From: an uncultured Fidelibacterota bacterium
GTDB lineage: Bacteria > Fidelibacterota > Marinisomatia > Marinisomatales > UBA1611
Direction of reading: 5' to 3'
Length of the DNA: 64,000 bases
Assembly (NCBI GenBank): GCA_913040915.1
Contig: CAJWHW010000004.1
Span: 3,367 to 67,366 of the forward strand
Positions 9,017-17,403 of this stretch are shown in pieces (position 1 is the first letter of the stretch; each line of letters starts with the position of its first letter). The position numbers were made by a program, and so were the translations under genes. A model generated the notes under the pieces. It did no database searches and had not been told where the DNA came from. It worked only from the letters and a program-made list of their open reading frames with translations.

Positions 9017-9958
9017 ATGAAAAAGAGTTTGATGTTTATGTGGGTGTATTTGTGTCTTGGTGCTTTTCTATTTGCCGGAACACAGACAAGCGGAAAGGTC
9101 TTCTACAATTACACTAGGAACCTAGATGACGGTAGCAATTCCTTTAACATTAAAAGAGGATACTTAACATTTGTAAATAATGCCACTGAAACGGTCTCAT
9201 ATAAACTAACCTACGATATTGGGTCTAATAATGCTGGAAGCGCATATACTGCATTTTTAAAAGTGGCTATGGTAAAGTGGGAAACTAGATTGGGAGTTGT
9301 TTCTATCGGTATGCAGGGAATGAACATGTACAAGACCATGGAAAACACATGGGGACATCGTTTTATAGCAAAGGGTAGCATGGGCGCCTATGGTTATTCA
9401 TCATCAGCGGATATAGGCATAGGGCTTGCCCGGGAACTTGGTCCGATCACAACCAGTGCCATGGTTACAAACGGTGGTGGCTACAAACGACCGGAAACCG
9501 ATGCACACAAAAAACTATCCCTACACATGGTCTATGGTCAACCACAACTAAACAAGGAAGATGGTTTTAATTGTGGCGGTAGTTTTTCAATGGAGCCGTA
9601 TGATGTAGATGATTCGAGAACTGAGAATATAAATGTAGTGGGGGTCTTTGGTGGATATGCAGGGCTTGGTTTCAGGGGTGGTGTAGAATTTGACACAAAG
9701 AAAAACGGTGAAACCATGGGGCAAATAATTTCCCTATATGGAACCTACGCCATATCTGATAAAATTTCTTTTTTGGCAAAAGTAGACCAAGTAGATGAAA
9801 ATACTTCAGTAGATAAAGATGGAATCCAGGCTATCATATTGGGGCTTCATTATGGCCTTGGTGAAGGTATGATAGTGGCACCAACATTTAGAATGACAAA
9901 ACCAGAAAATGGAGACCCAGACAACTCAATTGTTGTGAACTTTGAATTCAAATTTTAG
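9017..9958 (+). CDS. outer-membrane beta-barrel porin (possibly phosphate-starvation porin)
   Basis: I chose ATG 9017, preceded by AAGGAG at 9004-9009, over the track's 8819 start, which overlaps phoU. It has a signal peptide (MKKSLMFMWVYLCLGAFLFAG), alternating beta-strand patterning and a C-terminal ...NFEFKF with terminal Phe. Confidence 0.65.
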   Translation: MKKSLMFMWVYLCLGAFLFAGTQTSGKVFYNYTRNLDDGSNSFNIKRGYLTFVNNATETVSYKLTYDIGSNNAGSAYTAFLKVAMVKWETRLGVVSIGMQGMNMYKTMENTWGHRFIAKGSMGAYGYSSSADIGIGLARELGPITTSAMVTNGGGYKRPETDAHKKLSLHMVYGQPQLNKEDGFNCGGSFSMEPYDVDDSRTENINVVGVFGGYAGLGFRGGVEFDTKKNGETMGQIISLYGTYAISDKISFLAKVDQVDENTSVDKDGIQAIILGLHYGLGEGMIVAPTFRMTKPENGDPDNSIVVNFEFKF

Positions 9959-9992
9959 GTGGGGCCTAAATCAATTGTTGGCCCATGGTGCT

Positions 9993-10163
9993 CTAGTCCA
10001 TTTTTCTAGGAAGAAACGCATACAAGATAGCGCCTAATACACAGGCAAGAATGCCTTTATTCCAACCCATTTTAGACGGTAGAAGACCCCCTTCTTGAAA
10101 CCAAGAAAGAATTGCAAACATTATGCCAAATGATGATAGGGAAAGCCATATCAGTTTTTTCAT
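9993..10163 (-). CDS. small (56 aa) predicted 2-TM membrane protein, below ORF-track cutoff
   Basis: My own translation is MKKLIWLSLSSFGIMFAILSWFQEGGLLPSKMGWNKGILACVLGAILYAFLPRKMD. Its ATG overlaps the TAA stop of the upstream PhoU-like gene (TAATG). Confidence 0.4.
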   Translation of the reverse strand: MKKLIWLSLSSFGIMFAILSWFQEGGLLPSKMGWNKGILACVLGAILYAFLPRKMD

Positions 10164-10834
10164 TACTTTTTATAGCCAACTGCCTCAAATGGATTGACAA
10201 GGATCGTAGATATGTTTTTAAGGTGCGCGGCTATCCTTTTGAGGTATCTAGCATATAAAGCAAGAGTGACAGATTTTGACTCACTTCCTTGAGACAGCTC
10301 ACCAGATATGCATCCATTTACTATGTTATCTGAGCTGGAAACAACATCTTTATAGGTTGCCATGAGCGAACGAGCAACCTCCTCATCTTGAGAGTTAATT
10401 GCAGTAATGGTCTTTTCAAAACGTGAGATGACCTCTCTCTCTATTTCTGCGAGTTCACTAGAAAATTCTTCAGCCAACATTGTATCAGGGTAGTTCAATG
10501 CCAGATCTAAAATATTTTTAGTATAGTCCCCAACTCTTTCTACGTCCACGACCATGTTCAAAAGTACAAGGCCATTTGGTAGATCTTCAACATTCTGACT
10601 GACGGCATAGTGTGTCACCACCTTACGCCGAACATCCTTTTGAAATAGATTGATCTCTACATCGCGTTTTTTTAGTGCTTTAATTGCATCAAGGTCTTCA
10701 TTTTCTCGTAGATATCTTATGGCCTTGTTAAATATCTGGTTTGATAAGACCATCATCTCATAAGACTCATCCCAGGCCTGAGATAAAAGGTCATCTGAGT
10801 TCCAAAGTTTTACAATATCCCTAAATAACGACAT
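10163..10834 (-). CDS. PhoU-domain protein associated with Na/Pi cotransporter
   Basis: It has two PhoU-like helical repeats (VERVGDYTKNI and LKRIAAHLKNI). It lies 25 nt downstream of the Na/Pi cotransporter gene. Confidence 0.75.
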   Translation of the reverse strand: MSLFRDIVKLWNSDDLLSQAWDESYEMMVLSNQIFNKAIRYLRENEDLDAIKALKKRDVEINLFQKDVRRKVVTHYAVSQNVEDLPNGLVLLNMVVDVERVGDYTKNILDLALNYPDTMLAEEFSSELAEIEREVISRFEKTITAINSQDEEVARSLMATYKDVVSSSDNIVNGCISGELSQGSESKSVTLALYARYLKRIAAHLKNISTILVNPFEAVGYKK

Positions 10835-10859
10835 GATAGATCCTATTTTTCTTTCTTAT

Positions 10860-11963
10860 CTACCGACCTAACAAGATAATGGTTAATGGCATTCCCACGA
10901 AAACCAGGAGCAGATAAAGCACAGGAATCAACTTGTTCTTAACGGCTTGATCGGCAATCCACTCTGCGCAATTTAAAGGAATGACCCTTAAAAATGGTAG
11001 GCCATATATGATTATTATTCCAAAAATATTAAAGAGTAAATGACTGATCGCTGCAATAAGCGCCGCTACGGTTCCTGTGATCGCGGCCAATAGGGCCGTT
11101 ACGGTCGTGCCGATGTTGGCACCAAGGGTGAATGGGAATATCTGACGTAAGGTCAATACACCTGCACCCGCAAGAGGGACGACCAGAGATGTTGTTATTG
11201 AAGAACTCTGAACCATGATTGTCAGTACTATTCCAAAACCAATAGCCCTTATGGCTGTTTTAAAAATATATTCATCAAAAAACACTTCTACTTTTTTTAA
11301 TACAAGACTTCGCAAGATTTTTACCAGTGCGTAAAGCATTGCAAATGTGATCAGGATACTGAGGATGAGGTATATGACATCATTGTCAAATGAGAACTTT
11401 TCCACAAACTTTGCACCAGACTTTATTGCAACCTTAATGGGGCTTTTCGCTTTTAATATCTCAACATTTTGTATTTTTCCAAACATCAGAGAGGATATCC
11501 ACTCTGCAGATCGCTGTATTCCATGGAATGCCATTTCTAATGGAAAAAGAACCATGACAGACATCATGTTAAAAAAGTCGTGAACAGTAGATGCTGCAAA
11601 TGCTCTTCGAAATTCACTTCCGCGATTGAGGTGTCCAATAGAAACGATCGTATTTGTTACGGTTGTGCCAATATTTGCACCCATGATCATGGGTACCGCA
11701 CCGGCAAGCCCCAGTGCACCACTGCTTACCATTCCAACAATCAACGATGTTGTAGTTGACGAGCTTTGAAATAAAACTGTGGCAAACACACCGATAAAAA
11801 GAGCAATTACAGGATCACTTGTTGTTGTGAATATCGAATCTGCAACATCTGACCCCATATGCTTGATGGCCGACGACATACCTTTGATTCCCACTAAGAA
11901 AAGGTAAAGTGCGCCGAAGATACCCAAGACCTTAAGTCCAACATTCTTTGATTCGGTGCTCAT
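10860..11963 (-). CDS. Na+/phosphate cotransporter family protein (NptA-like)
   Basis: It has the duplicated signature GANIGTTVT (MGANIGTTVTNT and LGANIGTTVTAL) in a polytopic membrane protein. Confidence 0.85.
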   Translation of the reverse strand: MSTESKNVGLKVLGIFGALYLFLVGIKGMSSAIKHMGSDVADSIFTTTSDPVIALFIGVFATVLFQSSSTTTSLIVGMVSSGALGLAGAVPMIMGANIGTTVTNTIVSIGHLNRGSEFRRAFAASTVHDFFNMMSVMVLFPLEMAFHGIQRSAEWISSLMFGKIQNVEILKAKSPIKVAIKSGAKFVEKFSFDNDVIYLILSILITFAMLYALVKILRSLVLKKVEVFFDEYIFKTAIRAIGFGIVLTIMVQSSSITTSLVVPLAGAGVLTLRQIFPFTLGANIGTTVTALLAAITGTVAALIAAISHLLFNIFGIIIIYGLPFLRVIPLNCAEWIADQAVKNKLIPVLYLLLVFVGMPLTIILLGR

Positions 11964-12003
11964 GCTGCCCCTTTTTTATGTATGATCAGTTTTGACACAA
12001 ATG

Positions 12004-12035
12004 ATATTATTATCCTATTGTTAGGATTGTGTTAG
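12004..12035 (-). promoter_or_regulatory. candidate Pho box (CTAAC-N6-CTAAC on minus strand) plus TAATAT -10-like element upstream of Na/Pi cotransporter operon
   Basis: On the plus strand GTTAG lies at 12020-12024 and 12031-12035, spaced 11 bp. On the minus strand TAATAT lies at 12009-12004, 15 nt from the proximal repeat start, which matches the pstS spacing. Confidence 0.35.
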
Positions 12036-12135
12036 GGCATGGCGTTTTAAAATGGTTTTTCGAGAAGGGTCCCTATTGATAATTATCGGTCTTTGCTAGA
12101 ATGCTATTATGACCTAGACTCCCCTAGTAAAATGT

Positions 12136-13689
12136 TTAGTGCTTAAAGCATCGAGTGCCTGTAAAGATCATTGCGAACCCATGTTCATCACATGCGTCAA
12201 TGACCTCTTGGTCTCGTATCGAACCCCCAGGCTGGATTACGGTACCAATACCCGAGTCTTTTATTATATCAATACTATCTCTAAATGGAAAGAATGCATC
12301 TGATGCCAAAACCCCACCCTTGACACCTTCCCCACCTTTTTTTAATGCCATGTGAACTGCATCAACTCGACTTACCTGACCTGCGCCAAGACCGATAGTC
12401 GTACCATTTTTTGCTATTAGGATTCCATTGGACTTAGCATGCCTTAAGACCTTCCAGGTGAAAAGAGCAGTATTAATATCTTGGTCAGATGGTTTCTTTT
12501 TTGTGACGATGGTCAGATTGTTTTTTGTTAAGATCTTTGTATCTGTATCTTGAACAAGAATACCTCCATCCACATTGCGTATCTCAATTTTTTTCTCTCG
12601 TTTATTAAACTTTCCAAGTTCTAATATTCTAAAATTTTTCTTCTTTTTGAATATTGCAAGTGCTTCTTGATCAAAGTCTGGTGCGATGACTATTTCAACA
12701 AAAACTTTTGTAATGGCATCTGCCACTTCTTTGGTACATGTTCGATTAAATGCAATAATTCCTCCAAACGCAGAAAGAGAGTCAGCATTGAAAGCGCGGT
12801 TGTAAACATCTAACAGGTCATTACCGGTAGCTACACCGCAGGGATTGGCATGCTTCACTACTACGCATGCTGGCTCATCAAATTCCCTAACACAAGCCAG
12901 AGCAGCATCTGCATCCATAATATTATTGTAGGAGAGTGTTTTACCTTGGTGAATAGTTGCATTCAAAATATTGGGCTCAGTATTTCCAGGGATCTTATAA
13001 GACGATGCGGACTGGTGTGGGTTTTCTCCATAGCGCATTGTGGAATGTTTTTTAAAAGTCAGGGAAAGTTCATCAGATAGATTTTGATCTTTAACATAAT
13101 TATGAATAATTGTGTCATATTGAGCAGTATGGCCAAATGCCTTTGCTGATAGTCTACGGCGTGTTTCAAAGGAAACTTCTCCCAATGCCATTTCATCTGC
13201 AATGGTATCGTAATCATTCGGGTCAACCACCGCACAGACCCAACCCACATTTTTAGCTGCTGAGCGAATCATGGTTGGACCGCCAATATCCACATTTTCC
13301 AGCGCGTCTGCTAATTCACAACCTTCTTGAGAAATAGTTTTTGAAAATGGATAAAGATTACATATCACAAGATCAATCCATTGAATTTTATTGTTTTCCG
13401 CATCGGTATTATGTTTATCGCGGAGACCCAGAATACCGCCCCCCACTAGTGGATTAATTGTCTTTACACGGCCGTCCATGATTTCCGGAAACTGGGTGTA
13501 GTCACTTATATCCTTTACAGGGATATCCACTTCTCTTAATGCTTTAGCTGTGCCGCCGGTGGACAGTATCTCCACATTATTAGCATGGAGAGATTGCGCA
13601 AGTTCAATGATGCCGGTTTTATCAAAAACAGAAATAAGTGCTCGATTAATATTTATGGGATTTTTGTTTAAAGACGGATTATCTAACAT
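12136..13689 (-). CDS. purH: bifunctional AICAR transformylase / IMP cyclohydrolase
   Basis: It shows full-length PurH similarity (N-terminal RALISVFDKTGI, ...NLYPF..., ...VVVKHANPCG..., C-terminal GTRCFKH). Confidence 0.95.
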   Translation of the reverse strand: MLDNPSLNKNPININRALISVFDKTGIIELAQSLHANNVEILSTGGTAKALREVDIPVKDISDYTQFPEIMDGRVKTINPLVGGGILGLRDKHNTDAENNKIQWIDLVICNLYPFSKTISQEGCELADALENVDIGGPTMIRSAAKNVGWVCAVVDPNDYDTIADEMALGEVSFETRRRLSAKAFGHTAQYDTIIHNYVKDQNLSDELSLTFKKHSTMRYGENPHQSASSYKIPGNTEPNILNATIHQGKTLSYNNIMDADAALACVREFDEPACVVVKHANPCGVATGNDLLDVYNRAFNADSLSAFGGIIAFNRTCTKEVADAITKVFVEIVIAPDFDQEALAIFKKKKNFRILELGKFNKREKKIEIRNVDGGILVQDTDTKILTKNNLTIVTKKKPSDQDINTALFTWKVLRHAKSNGILIAKNGTTIGLGAGQVSRVDAVHMALKKGGEGVKGGVLASDAFFPFRDSIDIIKDSGIGTVIQPGGSIRDQEVIDACDEHGFAMIFTGTRCFKH

Positions 13690-14263
13690 AAAAATTATTT
13701 TGTATTAATTGTATTGCTTCAATGAAGGCTTCACCTTCAAGTGACTGAACTTTTGTTTTTAGCGATTCTACTGTTTCATCGATAGATACTTCACATTTTT
13801 TCTGTACTAATATAGGTCCTGAGTCTAATTCATCTGTTACAAAATGGATAGTGCAACCTGTTTCAGTATCACCGTTGGTTAGTACCTCCTGATGCACGTT
13901 GGTATCCATACCACCTGCATATTTTGGCAGAAGTGAAGGATGAACATTCAACAGACGGTCTTTCCAAATATCACAAAATTCTTCAGATAGGATGCGCATA
14001 AAACCAATCAGCAAAACAAGGTCCACATTATGGTCCTGTAAAACTACTGTCATTTTCTGGTCAAAGTCTTTCCTCTCTTTACCCAGGTGAGGGATAAAAA
14101 TGTTAGGTATATTGTGGTTATTGGCTCGTTCTAAAATGTAAGCGTTCTTTCGATTTGAGATGACTACAGATACTTCTGCATTTAATGTACCTGCACTAAT
14201 AGCATCCAGTATAAACTGTAGGTCAGTGCCACTGGTTGAGCCTATTATGCCAAGCTTTATCAT
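13679..14263 (-). CDS. purN: phosphoribosylglycinamide formyltransferase
   Basis: It has the motifs LLNVHPSLLPKYAG and GCTIHFV..ELDSGPI. It overlaps purH by 11 nt. Confidence 0.9.
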   Translation of the reverse strand: MIKLGIIGSTSGTDLQFILDAISAGTLNAEVSVVISNRKNAYILERANNHNIPNIFIPHLGKERKDFDQKMTVVLQDHNVDLVLLIGFMRILSEEFCDIWKDRLLNVHPSLLPKYAGGMDTNVHQEVLTNGDTETGCTIHFVTDELDSGPILVQKKCEVSIDETVESLKTKVQSLEGEAFIEAIQLIQNNFYVR

Positions 14264-15573
14264 CGTAATGAATTCATATGGTCAATGCGTTGCTGTACTA
14301 CACTTGCTGTGCCTATATCTCTGCGATGAAACAAGGGACCTTTTACTGCGGATATTTCTTTTTCTGCAATTGCTTCTGCTTTAGATATTGTATCGGCCAT
14401 CCCTACAACTGCCACAGTGCGGCTACCAGCTTCTATCAATTGACCATTTTTAATATCTACTGAAGCGTAAAAAAGACCATCCCGGTTTTCAACACTGGAC
14501 ACATCGATCTCCTGGCCTTTTATCGGGCTTTCTGGATACCCTTTTGGAACGGCATATTTACAAACGGTAGCCTGGTTGGAAAATTGAACATTGATCTGAT
14601 CCAAGGTGCCTTCTGCAATAGCAATGCAAATATCAATATAATCTGATTCCAATAGGGAAAGTACATTCATCGCTTCCGGGTCACCCAGGCGAGCATTATA
14701 TTCGATCAGCTTCACGCCGTTAGCAGTGGCCATAAAACCACCGTAGAGAATACCCTTATAGCCTTCACTAAACTTAGCCTTTAAAGCTTTGGCGGTTGCA
14801 AAATTGATAGCTTTGGCTTCCGCGATTTCATTATCATTCAAAAAAGGCAAACCATGATTCGCATCAGAATAAGTACCCATTCCACCAGTGTTGGGCCCTC
14901 GGTCTCCTTCGTAGGCCCGTTTATGATCTTGAACAATAGGCATATGCTTCAGGTTATCTCCATCACAAAAGCTCATAAGAGAGAATTCCTGTCCCACAAA
15001 TTTTTCTTCGATCACAAAGCTGCCACCATTATCTGTCAAATCTTGGCAGTAGACTAAAGCTTCATCATGGGAATGTAAATGATCTCCTGATACTTTTACT
15101 CCCTTGCCACCCATAAGACCATCATATTTTACTACGTAATTTTCTTTTAGCTCTTTCAGGAATTCTGCTACCCCGTCCATGGAATCAAAGGTCTGGTATT
15201 TAGGACCTCCAGGGATTACAAATTCCTTTAATAAATTTCTGGTGAACGCTTTAGATGTTTCCAGCTGCGCAAGTTTTTGTTTGGGCCCTACAGTTTTTAC
15301 GCCGACATTCCAAAGGGCATCGGCAACACCGTTTTCCAGTGGATTTTCCGGGCCTATGATAGCCAGAGTTGCGGCGGTCTCCTGAGCATAGTTTACGACA
15401 AAGTCTGGATCACTCATCTTACCCACTGTTAATTCATCGCAGATTTCTGCAATCCCTGGGTTCATATTGGACGCGAGGCAGTAAAGCTCTTTTTCTTGTG
15501 GAGATCTGTCTAATGCACGGACAATGGCATGCTCCCGGGCACCGGAACCTATGATTAAAATTTTATTCACCAT
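14260..15573 (-). CDS. purD: phosphoribosylamine-glycine ligase
   Basis: It has ILIIGSGAREHA at the N-terminus, an ATP-grasp core and ...EYNARLGDPE... Confidence 0.95.
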   Translation of the reverse strand: MVNKILIIGSGAREHAIVRALDRSPQEKELYCLASNMNPGIAEICDELTVGKMSDPDFVVNYAQETAATLAIIGPENPLENGVADALWNVGVKTVGPKQKLAQLETSKAFTRNLLKEFVIPGGPKYQTFDSMDGVAEFLKELKENYVVKYDGLMGGKGVKVSGDHLHSHDEALVYCQDLTDNGGSFVIEEKFVGQEFSLMSFCDGDNLKHMPIVQDHKRAYEGDRGPNTGGMGTYSDANHGLPFLNDNEIAEAKAINFATAKALKAKFSEGYKGILYGGFMATANGVKLIEYNARLGDPEAMNVLSLLESDYIDICIAIAEGTLDQINVQFSNQATVCKYAVPKGYPESPIKGQEIDVSSVENRDGLFYASVDIKNGQLIEAGSRTVAVVGMADTISKAEAIAEKEISAVKGPLFHRRDIGTASVVQQRIDHMNSLR

Positions 15574-15583
15574 TCGATTCGTT

Positions 15584-17146
15584 TTATAAAATATTTTTTC
15601 TTTTTAAGAATGGATCTTTACTTTCAAGACCTCTTATTCTATAGGTAATCGACTTATATAAAGATTTTAAATTTTTATATTTATCAACATAATTAGGATC
15701 TGGATTACAACGTAATTGTTCATCATATTCTACAAAATTATCTGTGAGCTCGGTCAAATTAATATTTTTATTACCTGATTCTAATTCCCAAACCCATGCT
15801 GCGTGTATCGCGGCACCTAAAGCAGCTCCTTCACCTATTACTGGAACAGCTTGACAATTAAAAATATTTGCTATGGTTTGACACCAGCTTTTTGATAAAG
15901 ACAATCCGCCTGTTAAATGGAGTATCTTTGGCTTAACTGGCATTCTTTCAAAACCTTGATTTAAGTTAAGTATGTGACCTTCAAGTATTCCCCTTGCAAT
16001 GGATTTTTTATTAAGGTCTTTAAATCCAAATCCAAAATATAGTGGTGCTGCATTAGGTATATCAGGCGTTCTTTCACCTTCATACCAAGGTACAATAATG
16101 TTACCATTATTACATGGCTCTGTCTTGGAAATCAAATCTTCAAAATCTAGATGAGATAGAGAATGTTCTTTTAAAAATGTATTATATCCGCCTGACATAT
16201 TTGAGACACAAAGAAGCGGCATATAGTTTCCAGTGCTATCACAAAATAAAGCAATCTCTCCTTCTTCATCAACATATGGGTTTTCTAATATTGTAAACGC
16301 AGTCCCACTGGTACCGAGACTAATTGTAACAGTCCCTGGTTTTGTATTTGCAGTACCAATGGCACTGTACATATTATCACCTGATCCGGCATCAATTTTA
16401 CATTGAGGATTGAAACCATACTTGGCAACTAATTCTTCTGAGATATTTCCAATTGATTCTGTAGATGAAGTAACATTTGGTAATTTTTCTAACAAATCAT
16501 CAGAAATTATTTTTATTAACTCTGTTGACCATGTTTTGCTTACAGGATCCCATAGACCACTACCAGAAGCATCTCCCGGCTCCATAGCGATTATTCCACC
16601 TGTTAAATACCAGTTAATAAAATTATGAACCAGTAAAAATGAATCTGTATTCTCATAATATGATTTCTCATTTCTATACATATGAAATATTTTTGATGCA
16701 GTATATCCTGTCCGTTGAGTATTGCCAATTTTTGCAATCATGGCACTTACTCCACCTAATGAATCTGTTAATATTTCACATTCACGTTGTGTTGAAAAAT
16801 CATTCCAAAGTTTGGATGTTGGTTTGGTCAGTTTACCAAATTTATCCAGTGCAACTAAACCATGCTGTTGGCCAGAAATAGATAATGCATTTATTTTATG
16901 TAATATTTGTCCTTCAAGTTTTAATCTTTGGAAAATAATGTTGAGAGCTTCAATCCACATATTGGGGTCGGACTCTGAGATCCCCAGTGAGTTATCCCCA
17001 ATTGTGCCATTTATGGTACGATAAGTTGGTAAATCAGTATCATAAACCAGCGTATCCTGATATATTATAGAATAATTGGAAATATTTAATACGGAGATTG
17101 TTAGACTTTGAGTTGAAACATCGATTCCTGCAAAAAATTTATCCAT
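15584..17146 (-). CDS. FGGY-family carbohydrate kinase (xylulokinase-like)
   Basis: It has the motifs GIDVSTQS, SGQQHGLV and GTSGT, and a C-terminal GGLSLSKSWCQTIANIF.. region typical of FGGY kinases. Confidence 0.8.
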   Translation of the reverse strand: MDKFFAGIDVSTQSLTISVLNISNYSIIYQDTLVYDTDLPTYRTINGTIGDNSLGISESDPNMWIEALNIIFQRLKLEGQILHKINALSISGQQHGLVALDKFGKLTKPTSKLWNDFSTQRECEILTDSLGGVSAMIAKIGNTQRTGYTASKIFHMYRNEKSYYENTDSFLLVHNFINWYLTGGIIAMEPGDASGSGLWDPVSKTWSTELIKIISDDLLEKLPNVTSSTESIGNISEELVAKYGFNPQCKIDAGSGDNMYSAIGTANTKPGTVTISLGTSGTAFTILENPYVDEEGEIALFCDSTGNYMPLLCVSNMSGGYNTFLKEHSLSHLDFEDLISKTEPCNNGNIIVPWYEGERTPDIPNAAPLYFGFGFKDLNKKSIARGILEGHILNLNQGFERMPVKPKILHLTGGLSLSKSWCQTIANIFNCQAVPVIGEGAALGAAIHAAWVWELESGNKNINLTELTDNFVEYDEQLRCNPDPNYVDKYKNLKSLYKSITYRIRGLESKDPFLKRKNIL

Positions 17147-17403
17147 ATATTATTTTCTTATTAATTATGATTAAGGAGTATTTCATTAAAAAGGCCTCAG
17201 CATAATAAATGAATAACCGAAGATACAATTGCCCAAAAAAAGAAAAACTGTTTATGGGTTTAAAACATCTCAATAAAATATTATGCTTATTTATATTAGA
17301 AATTTTATGATAGTATCGTTTGTAAACAATCAATTTCAATTATATATAATTGTTTAAACTGAATTTTGATCATCTATTTGTATATTTAAATGATCTATTA
17401 TAA

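Noticed and set aside
12036-12135. A search for a terminator downstream of purH, and for purine, ZTP or THF riboswitch-like elements upstream of the pur operons (also 30329-30395 and 17147-17403).
   Set aside because: I could not find a conserved riboswitch core (no ZTP GGGUCGUGAC.../CCGCCUGGGCA-like or purine-riboswitch junction motifs). I also found no convincing GC-rich hairpin plus T-run.
17321-17358. An imperfect inverted repeat, TGTAAACAAT / ATTGTTTAAA, considered as a stand-alone operator call.
   Set aside because: It is a 9/10 match in an extremely AT-rich spacer and could arise by chance. It is mentioned only as context in a finding and is not listed as a feature.
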